A stretch of DNA of 64,000 nt from a virus: IMG/VR virus record IMGVR_UViG_3300032236_000548, positions 1 to 64,000 of that record; one strand, written 5' to 3'. The translations under genes were made by a program, and so were the position numbers. The notes beneath the pieces were generated by a model. That model saw only the letters and a list, made by a program, of their open reading frames with translations. It had not been told where the DNA came from and searched no databases. Position 1 is the stretch's first letter, and every line of letters begins with the position of its first letter. Below are positions 36,612 through 44,724 of the stretch, in pieces.

Positions 36612-37533
36612 AATTATAGAAATAAAACAGCACACTCCTGACTTATATTTGACTTGGGTCATTAATAATATATGCACCAACAAATGTAGTTACTGCCCAC
36701 CTAACCTACACAACGGTACTAACCATAACTACGAATGGGAACAGGCTGAAGCATTTATACAAGAGTTACTTAAACGCTATCCTAAAATACAACTAGCTAT
36801 CAGCGGTGGCGAACCAACACTAAGTCCATTTCTTAAAGACATGGTTAAAATGTTTAGTGATGCTGGGCATCCAGTAGGCATGACTACAAACGGTGCTAGA
36901 ACTGTAAGATACTTTGAAGAAATTTCTCAGTATATGAGCTACATTGTTATGAGCTACCATCCAAGTTTTGAAGACCCTGAGTTGTTAGAAAAGGCATTAG
37001 CCTGCGCCCAACATACAAAAACAACTGTAGCTGTTATGATGGATAGTAGACATTTTGATCAAAGTCTAGCAATGTATTATAAATTACGTACATATGATGT
37101 GTTACAAGTAGAGCCTTGGAGAATTACTCCTTGGATTAAAAATAATACAGTAGGATGCGACTACACTGAAGATCAGCTACGGATACTTAGTTCATTATCA
37201 ACCAAAGAAATGAATAACCCAGTTGTGCCAAAAAATGAAGGAACAATGGGTGCAACCTTTTATTTCGAAGATGGATCTGAGCAAAACAGTAACGCACAAG
37301 ATTTAATTAATGAAAAGCTCACTAACTTTTATGGTTGGGAGTGTGACATCGGACTTAATAGTTTATATGTAAGGTTAGACGGCGGAGTACGGTTGGGTAA
37401 CTGTATTAGCTCTAGCTACATAGGAAATATACAAAATTATAAAGATATACAATGGCCGACAAAATCGTTTATATGTCCGCAGACATTCTGCCATTGCACA
37501 ACTGACGTATACGTATCAAAGAGACCAGTATGA
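36604..37533 (+). CDS. Radical SAM protein with C-terminal Cys cluster
   Basis: CTNKCSYC, SGGEPT, TTNG, C-terminal C..C..CPQTFCHC. Confidence 0.9.
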   Translation: MSKIIEIKQHTPDLYLTWVINNICTNKCSYCPPNLHNGTNHNYEWEQAEAFIQELLKRYPKIQLAISGGEPTLSPFLKDMVKMFSDAGHPVGMTTNGARTVRYFEEISQYMSYIVMSYHPSFEDPELLEKALACAQHTKTTVAVMMDSRHFDQSLAMYYKLRTYDVLQVEPWRITPWIKNNTVGCDYTEDQLRILSSLSTKEMNNPVVPKNEGTMGATFYFEDGSEQNSNAQDLINEKLTNFYGWECDIGLNSLYVRLDGGVRLGNCISSSYIGNIQNYKDIQWPTKSFICPQTFCHCTTDVYVSKRPV

Positions 37534-38336
37534 CAACTTTAAGAATATATGGAGACAGCTACGGCGCACCATTTGAAGGAAGCGGTTGGCCTAATATGTT
37601 GTCCAAGAAACTTGGCGCACCTGTAATTAATACTGCTATTCCCGGAGCCAGTACAGAATATGCCGCATTGAAACTTGCACGAGATATACAGCGTAATCTT
37701 ATTAAAGATGGGGATATTGTAATTTTTGTTCCTAGTACACCAGGAAGGTTACATCTCGATTATCAAATCAGGCAAGATGCTAGTACTGCGGCAACATACT
37801 TGCACGGCGATAAACAAATTAAAAAAGAAGACCATCCTTGGTTCTTTGAAAATCGCAAACACATAGAATGGTTATTAGTTAATCAAAGCCATGATATTAA
37901 CTTATTAAATCATGAAAGCTATTTGAATTTAATACGTCAAGTTGCACTAGGTAGACCCGAGTGTTTATTCATAGTATTAAAAAATAGCGATTGGCGATTT
38001 CATATTCCAGTTGGCAAACCTTCTGAAAACTTTTTAATGCCAAATATACTTCTAAACGAAATATCCCAAACGGAAGTCGAAGGGTACGTTTCATATTTTG
38101 ATTTTGTAGAACATACTCAAGTTGATGTTAGAGCGAACCATTTAACAGTTCCCAATTTAACAATATTGGCTGACTTATTATTTGAAAGTATTAATACCCG
38201 TTCTGTAGATAACTTTACATATGATAAATTCAAATCAAATGTTATTAAGAAAATTCACTCAAAAGAAGAATATCACGAGTGTGTAAACAAAGGTTTACTA
38301 ACTTTCCAGCATTGGATTTTGGATAGAATAGGTTGA
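37530..38336 (+). CDS. SGNH-hydrolase-like protein
   Basis: IYGDSY, NTAIPGAS, R.NHL. Confidence 0.6.
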   Translation: MTTLRIYGDSYGAPFEGSGWPNMLSKKLGAPVINTAIPGASTEYAALKLARDIQRNLIKDGDIVIFVPSTPGRLHLDYQIRQDASTAATYLHGDKQIKKEDHPWFFENRKHIEWLLVNQSHDINLLNHESYLNLIRQVALGRPECLFIVLKNSDWRFHIPVGKPSENFLMPNILLNEISQTEVEGYVSYFDFVEHTQVDVRANHLTVPNLTILADLLFESINTRSVDNFTYDKFKSNVIKKIHSKEEYHECVNKGLLTFQHWILDRIG

Positions 38337-38361
38337 CACCTTGGCATTTTGATACTATAAT
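38333..38361 (+). promoter_or_regulatory. Sigma70 promoter
   Basis: TTGACA-17-TATAAT. Confidence 0.85.
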
Positions 38362-38393
38362 ATAAGTATTGTTAAACAAAGCAGGAGCTAAAA

Positions 38394-39581
38394 TTGGCCA
38401 AAACAGCTACAAAAACTCGCGTTACCAAAAAGCAAGTTATTGCACACCGTACTAAAGCAACCAAAGATCACAGCCCAACTTGGGAAAATGTAGAACAAAT
38501 GGATGCTGACCAATTTTTGCGTCACTGGCACAATGCAATGTCTTACTACCGTCTAGAGTTTAGCGGTAAAGATTTGAAACCCGCAGTTATCAAATGGATG
38601 ACTAACGAAGGTTGTACAAAAGAAGACATCGCCGCTTTTAAGAAAACTAAAGACAACCGTTGTAACAGCACAATGGGCGCTATTGCAAGTTGTTTGCTCC
38701 GCGGTATGCCCGCAGTTCGAGCAGACTTTAATGACGGGCGTGATACTGCCGCATGGTTGCGTGGACAGATTGTTGACGTTATTGAGCAAGGTAAGAATGA
38801 CGTGGAAGATGAAGTTGTTGAAACCAAGCCCACAGTTGTACAGCCTAGTATTCAAGAACGTGTTAAAGATGCCGCTTATCGCATGACTGAAGAATTGGAA
38901 GATGCTATCGAAGGCTTCCAAGTAGATGCTGAAAACTTTGATCCAAAAGCATTTAAAGTTCTTAACTTGCTCAAAGGTAAAGAAGTCAAAGCCGCTCATG
39001 CTCGTATCATCAAAGGCTTTTACGAAAAAGATTTGGCTGAATTGGAGGAACTTGCTAGCGGCAAGGGCGACGAGCAGTTGAAAGAAGGTTACGCACATCG
39101 TAGCAAAAAGCAAATTCGTAGTTTGATTACATTCTATCAAGAAATTATGAGTGCTTGCGATATGCTTGCCCAAGAAGCTAAAGTTAACCGTAAGCCACGC
39201 AAGACTAAGGTTGTTCCTAAAGACAAGATTGTTGCTAAACTCAAGTACATGAAGTCTAACGAGCCACTTAAACTTGTGTCAATTAACCCTACTGATATTA
39301 TTGGTTCTAAAGAATTGTGGATCTTTAACACTAAGACACGCAAATTGGGCAAGTATATTGCTAGCGAGTTTGCAGACTTGGGTGTAAAAGGCACTACAAT
39401 TACAGGCTTCGACGAGTTTAAGAGTGTTCAAAAGACTATTCGTAAGCCCGAAGAAAAGCTCAAAGAGTTCAAAGCGGCCGGCAAGGTACAGTTGCGTAAG
39501 TTCCTAGAGGATATTAACGCTACAGATACTAAAATGAACGGTCGTATTAACGAAGATACAGTATTGCTTAAAGTAGCATAA
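38394..39581 (+). CDS. Conserved hypothetical Lys-rich phage protein
   Basis: TTG start with AGGAG RBS, strong codon bias. Confidence 0.7.
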   Translation: MAKTATKTRVTKKQVIAHRTKATKDHSPTWENVEQMDADQFLRHWHNAMSYYRLEFSGKDLKPAVIKWMTNEGCTKEDIAAFKKTKDNRCNSTMGAIASCLLRGMPAVRADFNDGRDTAAWLRGQIVDVIEQGKNDVEDEVVETKPTVVQPSIQERVKDAAYRMTEELEDAIEGFQVDAENFDPKAFKVLNLLKGKEVKAAHARIIKGFYEKDLAELEELASGKGDEQLKEGYAHRSKKQIRSLITFYQEIMSACDMLAQEAKVNRKPRKTKVVPKDKIVAKLKYMKSNEPLKLVSINPTDIIGSKELWIFNTKTRKLGKYIASEFADLGVKGTTITGFDEFKSVQKTIRKPEEKLKEFKAAGKVQLRKFLEDINATDTKMNGRINEDTVLLKVA

Positions 39582-39626
39582 GGGTACAGCAAAACATGGA
39601 TAAATACTCCAAAGAGAGTATTTTCC

Positions 39627-41057
39627 ATGGCCCAAACAATCAACGATAGCATTATTCAAATAGTACAAGCCGAGCTTGCCGATTCAAACGGCACGTTTAC
39701 GCATACTGGCGACTATACAATAAATGGTACATTAACAGTTTCTAGTCTAGTTACTAGAACCGGTGACGGTGCCGCACCCGGAAATTTTACTGCAAATTCT
39801 GAACAAGAATTAAATGGACAAGGTATACACTGGAAATCAGATGTTACTGATAATATTCTAGCATATCGTTTAGGAAGCAGACTATGGACCAACGCAAACT
39901 TTGATTTGTCAGCTGGCTCTGCTTATAAAATTGATAACAACGATGTACTAACTGCCACAGCGTTAGGCGGAGTTATTCGACACAGTAGCCTTACCAGCGT
40001 AGGTACTTTGGAAAGTTTAGCAGTATCAGGCGATACTAGCCTCGCAGATTTTGCATTTTTCAGTAGCACATTTAATCGCTTGGGTTTAGGTGTTGAAGAA
40101 CCCGAAGCTGCCATTAACATTTTAGAAAACAATGTTAGCATTGTATTGGGTAGTCCAGCTATAGGCACAGGGCAAGTGGGTACATTTAGCAATCACGATT
40201 TTGCGATTGTTACCGATAACCTATCACGTATTACAGTTAAAAATAACGGTGATGTTACTGTAGCAGGTAATGTAACTATTAATGGACAACTAACAGTATC
40301 TAATATCGTTTCGGACAGCAGAATCGATCGTACACATCCATTAGAATTTAATGCTACACGAGATACAAGTATCTATGGATTAGGATTAATTTGGAGCGGC
40401 ACCGGCTATGCTCGTCAATTAATCATGATGAGTTCTCCTGATAGATTGTACACCACTGAAAGTTTTGACATTGGTGAAAATCAAACTTACCATGTCAATG
40501 GTAAACCCGTATTAAGCGAAACTGCATTGGGTGCGGGCGTAGTACGTTCAAACTTATCTACAGTAGGTACACTAGATTCACTAACTGTATCAGGATTAGC
40601 AACACTACACGGCGGTGTGGATGCTAGCACAAGCGATGTTACTGCTAAAACTTTAACATTTAACGACGGTGATTCTATTGTTTCTTACAGCACTGCCGGT
40701 GCTAATGCTAGTTCAAGTTTTGCACTAAGCGTACAGAACAAAGAAATTATCTACGGTGATGGTAATCAGATTAGTATCGGTGATAAGAGTTTACAAGCTA
40801 AACCTGTAAAAGTATTTGGCAAACTAAGTGTAGGTATTAATAACCCAGATCCAACAGTTAATTTTAGCGTAAATGGAGATGTTAGTATCGGCGGTAAACG
40901 CTTTACTAGTGCTACAGAAGCACCTACATCTGGTAGCTATCAACTTGGTGACATTTGTTGGAATAGTGCTCCGCATACTAACAGCTATGTTGGCTGGGTG
41001 TGTGTAGTTGCCGGCACACCAGGTCAATGGTGTGGCTTTGGACAAATTGCTAGTTAA
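39627..41057 (+). CDS. Virion structural/tail-fibre-like protein
   Basis: Repeated SSLTSVGTL.SL.VSG; C-terminal PTSG..GDICWN..GWVC..GTPG.W; late promoter upstream. Confidence 0.7.
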   Translation: MAQTINDSIIQIVQAELADSNGTFTHTGDYTINGTLTVSSLVTRTGDGAAPGNFTANSEQELNGQGIHWKSDVTDNILAYRLGSRLWTNANFDLSAGSAYKIDNNDVLTATALGGVIRHSSLTSVGTLESLAVSGDTSLADFAFFSSTFNRLGLGVEEPEAAINILENNVSIVLGSPAIGTGQVGTFSNHDFAIVTDNLSRITVKNNGDVTVAGNVTINGQLTVSNIVSDSRIDRTHPLEFNATRDTSIYGLGLIWSGTGYARQLIMMSSPDRLYTTESFDIGENQTYHVNGKPVLSETALGAGVVRSNLSTVGTLDSLTVSGLATLHGGVDASTSDVTAKTLTFNDGDSIVSYSTAGANASSSFALSVQNKEIIYGDGNQISIGDKSLQAKPVKVFGKLSVGINNPDPTVNFSVNGDVSIGGKRFTSATEAPTSGSYQLGDICWNSAPHTNSYVGWVCVVAGTPGQWCGFGQIAS

Positions 41058-41117
41058 ACTAGTCGTATTTAAATCAACGAAGTCTCAATAAATATTTGCT
41101 TAAGAGCGAATATTATT

Positions 41118-41453
41118 ATGGGACCTATTACCCGAGAACTATACAAACAAATTAAAGGCTGGAGGATCTACTCTGTTATCGCTCCGGCACTATTTTGTGC
41201 GAGTGCGGCTTTATTGTATCTAAAATACGGAACTCCCTTCCAATCAATTTTTTTCACAGGCTTGATTGTTTTGAGTGTAACTTGTATTAGTTGGTGGCAT
41301 TGGAGCCTTTCGACTATGGTTACCATGCTTGCCATTATGAAAGATACCGACGACCACTTTAAAGAAGTTGCTGAAAAATTGGAGCAACTACGTATCCAAA
41401 ATGGTGGCAGACCTGAATTAAAATTAGTCAAACCCGTTGACAACGATAAGTAA
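41118..41453 (+). CDS. Two-TM membrane protein
   Basis: Two hydrophobic helices; TAAATA upstream. Confidence 0.6.
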   Translation: MGPITRELYKQIKGWRIYSVIAPALFCASAALLYLKYGTPFQSIFFTGLIVLSVTCISWWHWSLSTMVTMLAIMKDTDDHFKEVAEKLEQLRIQNGGRPELKLVKPVDNDK

Positions 41454-41515
41454 GAGTATATAATAGTTATATTGCGGCCTTAGACGCTCATCCCGCATTA
41501 TAAATTCTGCGTGTC
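41437..41515 (+). promoter_or_regulatory. Sigma70 promoter plus preQ1-I-like pseudoknot leader
   Basis: TTGACA-16-TATAAT; P1 TGCGG/CCGCA, TTATAAA tail, loop ACGC pairs with GCGT; precedes queD. Confidence 0.55.
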
Positions 41516-41539
41516 ATTGCTAAATCTTAGGAGATAACA

Positions 41540-42046
41540 ATGGCAAATTTACAACCGGTTGCTTACAAATATCAAAGCACAAAAGAATATGTAGACGCAT
41601 TTCCATGCGCCTATAGACAGTGGAGGGCAGATAGCCACTGTAATTTGATCCATGGATATGCTTTTAGCATGAAGTTCTATTTTGGGACTAACGACTTAGA
41701 CGTTCGTAATTGGGCGGCTGATTACGGTGGATTAAAAGAACTCAAAAGTATGCTAGAAGATCAATTTGATCACACTTTATTGGTAAGTGAAGATGATCCA
41801 GAATTGGCTACTTACAAACTGCTACAAGAAAAGAAATTGGCTAAACTAACTATCCTACCTCGTTTAGGATGCGAAGGTTTAGCAGACATGCTGTACAAGT
41901 ATGTAAACGGTGTTTACATTCCAGACATGTGGGGACAAGGCGAAGCCGATCGCTTATGGTGCTACCGTGTGGAAGTTAGAGAAACTCAAAGTAATATGGC
42001 ATTTAGAGAAGGGCACCGCGAGTGGAATGAGGATCTTCTTTCGTAA
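41540..42046 (+). CDS. queD: 6-carboxytetrahydropterin synthase (QueD/PTPS family)
   Basis: HCNLIHGY, DYGGLK, FDH, E.LA, VRET.SN. Confidence 0.85.
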   Translation: MANLQPVAYKYQSTKEYVDAFPCAYRQWRADSHCNLIHGYAFSMKFYFGTNDLDVRNWAADYGGLKELKSMLEDQFDHTLLVSEDDPELATYKLLQEKKLAKLTILPRLGCEGLADMLYKYVNGVYIPDMWGQGEADRLWCYRVEVRETQSNMAFREGHREWNEDLLS

Positions 42047-42197
42047 ATTTTGGCGCATTTGGGCCAAAGCGTTAGGTGAAAAAGCAGGCAAAACGGACGA
42101 GGAATCGGACCGAATTGCTTGCATTCGAACCCTAATTGTGTTATCATATGTACTTACAAACACTTTTATAATCGCAGGCGTCATAAGGCATTGGTAA
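42027..42197 (+). CDS. Small membrane hypothetical protein
   Basis: WRIWAKALGEK..DRIA.IRT..IIAGVIRHW. Confidence 0.6.
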   Translation: MRIFFRKFWRIWAKALGEKAGKTDEESDRIACIRTLIVLSYVLTNTFIIAGVIRHW

Positions 42198-43222
42198 TGA
42201 AACGTATAGGCTTCGCATGTAAATGGATCGATCATCCACATCAAACAGACGGTATTGGCAAAGACGATGATGCCAAACAATACAACACAGGCACAACTAC
42301 TATTTCTTGGTTAAATAGACAATCGAGAGATATCGCGGAGCAGAAATTATGGGACCTAATGGTAGGCAATATCGAAGCAACAAGGAAGTTGGTTGAACGT
42401 GTCAGCACACTTGACAGTTCTCTTCGGATGGTTAGGATTAGTAGTGACATTCTGCCTGCTTATACTCACGCTGACTTTGCTGATTATTGGCGTAAACCTG
42501 ACGTTGTATCATACGCCGAAACCCACTTTAAGAGAGTGGGTGACATTGCTCGCAATAGCAATGTTCGCTTGTCTATGCATCCTGGCCAATTTACTGTGCT
42601 GGCAAGTGATAACCCAGGGATTGTCGAACGCTCGATCGCAGAGTTTGAATACCATGCTGATATGGCCCGCTGGATGGGATATGGAAAAACATTCCAAGAT
42701 TTTAAAATCAACGTCCATATCTCCGGCAAACAAGGCCCTGAAGGCATTAGACGTGCCTACGGAAAACTAACACCCGAAGCCCGTAACTGTATTACTATCG
42801 AAAACGAGGAAAACTCTCATGGACTTACTGACTGTCTCACTATTAGTGATATTGTCCCCATTGTTCTTGACATACATCATCATTGGATACGAGAAGGGGA
42901 ATATATTCAACCTAACGATGACCGCGTTAAAATGGTTGTTGATAGCTGGCGCGGCCTCCGTCCCACTTGTCATTATAGTATCAGCCGTGAAGATGTACTT
43001 GTGGGGCACTCCGGTAACGTTGCACCGAATCATGCCCAACTTCTTTTAGAAGGTTACAAAAAGCAAAAGCTCAGGGCACATTCAGACTTTTACTGGAATA
43101 CAGCAACGAATGAATGGGCTCTGAGCTTTTTAGATACTCACGATATTATGTGCGAATCTAAAGGCAAAAACTTAGCTAGTTTTGCCCTTTACGAACAAGC
43201 TAAAAAACTTACTCTGCTTTAG
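42197..43222 (+). CDS. uvsE: UV-damage endonuclease
   Basis: RIGFAC, RISS, RLSMHPGQF, INVH, IENEE, LDIHHH, RAHSD, M.ESK.K; start 42197. Confidence 0.9.
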   Translation: MKRIGFACKWIDHPHQTDGIGKDDDAKQYNTGTTTISWLNRQSRDIAEQKLWDLMVGNIEATRKLVERVSTLDSSLRMVRISSDILPAYTHADFADYWRKPDVVSYAETHFKRVGDIARNSNVRLSMHPGQFTVLASDNPGIVERSIAEFEYHADMARWMGYGKTFQDFKINVHISGKQGPEGIRRAYGKLTPEARNCITIENEENSHGLTDCLTISDIVPIVLDIHHHWIREGEYIQPNDDRVKMVVDSWRGLRPTCHYSISREDVLVGHSGNVAPNHAQLLLEGYKKQKLRAHSDFYWNTATNEWALSFLDTHDIMCESKGKNLASFALYEQAKKLTLL

Positions 43223-43460
43223 GCTTTTTAGGAGCACGTGGCTTTTTAACAGCTGGTGCTTTCTTAGCCGATGGCTTTTTCTTAGCAGGTTTTGCAGGTG
43301 CAATATCAACTTGACCAGCACCTTCTACTACTACAGAAGCTGGTGGCTCGCCAACTACGACAGGCACGTCACTGATTGTAGAAACACTAGGTGTTTCAAC
43401 TTTGTATGGTGCTACTGGCTCGTCTGCTTTTTTAAAGAAACTTTTGAAAAATTTTAACAT
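43209..43460 (-). CDS. Small protein with histone-H1-like K/A/P tail
   Basis: PAKPAKKKPSAKKAPAVKKPRAPKK; GGAGG RBS. Confidence 0.65.
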   Translation of the reverse strand: MLKFFKSFFKKADEPVAPYKVETPSVSTISDVPVVVGEPPASVVVEGAGQVDIAPAKPAKKKPSAKKAPAVKKPRAPKKPKAE

Positions 43461-43501
43461 GGTATTTTATCCTCCAAGATATTTACCTCGATAAATACAC
43501 T

Positions 43502-44062
43502 ATGTATAATTTTATCAAGCATATTACTTTAAATGAGGGCAAAACACCCAAGACTTTAACCCAAACAAAATTGCCGTATAGCCGCGATGATTTGGAGCCA
43601 AGTATCAGCGAAGATACTATAAACTATCACTATGGTAAACTATACAAAGCATACGTAGAACGTTTTAATAACGGCGAAGGCGATGCTGATTTTAATGAAG
43701 CAGGTGCTTTTTTACACGATTTATTGTTTACACAATACCAGGCACCAAGCAGTAGTAACACTCCAGACGGTTCTGCGGGCGAACTAATCACTAAACATTT
43801 TAAAACTTTTGATAACTTTAAAGAAAAGTTTCAAAAAGAAGCTATGGCAGTGCAAGGTAGCGGCTGGGTTTACTTGTCACACAGGGGCGAAATTAAAACA
43901 ATCAAAAACCATGAAATTAAGATGGATATTGTATTGTTAATCGACTGGTGGGAGCATGCCTGGGCATTGGACTACCAAGCAGATAAAAAGAAGTACCTAG
44001 CTAATCAGTGGAAAATTATCAACTGGAACGTTATTAGTTCTAGAATTGGTCTAGTGTCTTAA
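43502..44062 (+). CDS. Fe/Mn superoxide dismutase-like protein
   Basis: LPY..LEP.IS..HYGK, H, GSGW, DWWEHA. Confidence 0.85.
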   Translation: MYNFIKHITLNEGKTPKTLTQTKLPYSRDDLEPSISEDTINYHYGKLYKAYVERFNNGEGDADFNEAGAFLHDLLFTQYQAPSSSNTPDGSAGELITKHFKTFDNFKEKFQKEAMAVQGSGWVYLSHRGEIKTIKNHEIKMDIVLLIDWWEHAWALDYQADKKKYLANQWKIINWNVISSRIGLVS

Positions 44063-44327
44063 GACTACTAACTGGCATATCCCAAACTTTACGCGACTCA
44101 ACACCCTTTTCCTGTGCAAACTTCTTAGCGTCACAATCTCCGCAAACGTGATAGTAGTTATTGTTTAACCTATTAGGATCCATTGATCCTTTATCGCGTT
44201 TAAAAATTCCCTGGCAACAATCGCAACGAAATATTACCACACGTTTCTTACGAAAATATGTGTGGTTGTTCCCACGCTTACTTGTTCGCATGTATTGTGT
44301 TTGCTGGTATTCTGTTCCTAAGTACAT
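44040..44327 (-). CDS. Hypothetical Zn-binding protein
   Basis: CDCC..CGDC; TAAATA upstream. Confidence 0.6.
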   Translation of the reverse strand: MYLGTEYQQTQYMRTSKRGNNHTYFRKKRVVIFRCDCCQGIFKRDKGSMDPNRLNNNYYHVCGDCDAKKFAQEKGVESRKVWDMPVSSLKTLDQF

Positions 44328-44397
44328 GATTGTATTTACTAGTTTACATTAAGATTATAAAACGCCTTTGATAAATATTATATCGAGGGCTAAAATT

Positions 44398-44721
44398 GTG
44401 ATCACAATTACTGAATCAGCAAAAACAAAAATTAAAGACATCCTTTATCAAGAAGGAAACCCAAGTTTAGCACTACGTACTTTTGTCCAAGGAGGTGGCT
44501 GTAGCGGTTTTAGTTACGGTTTTACACTAGACGAAGTAGCGAACGAAGACGATTTTGAAATCCCTGTTGATGAGTTTCGAGTGCTTGTAGACAGCATGAG
44601 TATGCAATACATGACAGGTGCAGAAATAGATTATAAAGAAGAGCTAATGGGCAGTAGTTTCACTATAAAGAATCCTAATGCGACAACACAATGCGGCTGC
44701 GGTAGCAGTTTCGGAGTTTAA
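44398..44721 (+). CDS. erpA: A-type Fe-S carrier (ErpA/IscA/HesB)
   Basis: [32 protein letters not shown]; GTG start. Confidence 0.9.
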   Translation: MITITESAKTKIKDILYQEGNPSLALRTFVQGGGCSGFSYGFTLDEVANEDDFEIPVDEFRVLVDSMSMQYMTGAEIDYKEELMGSSFTIKNPNATTQCGCGSSFGV

Positions 44722-44724
44722 TAA

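Noticed and set aside
39582-39592. TACAGCAA resembling the RNA-array motif
   Set aside because: No 7-bp AGG/CCT closing helix and only a 45-nt gap; likely chance
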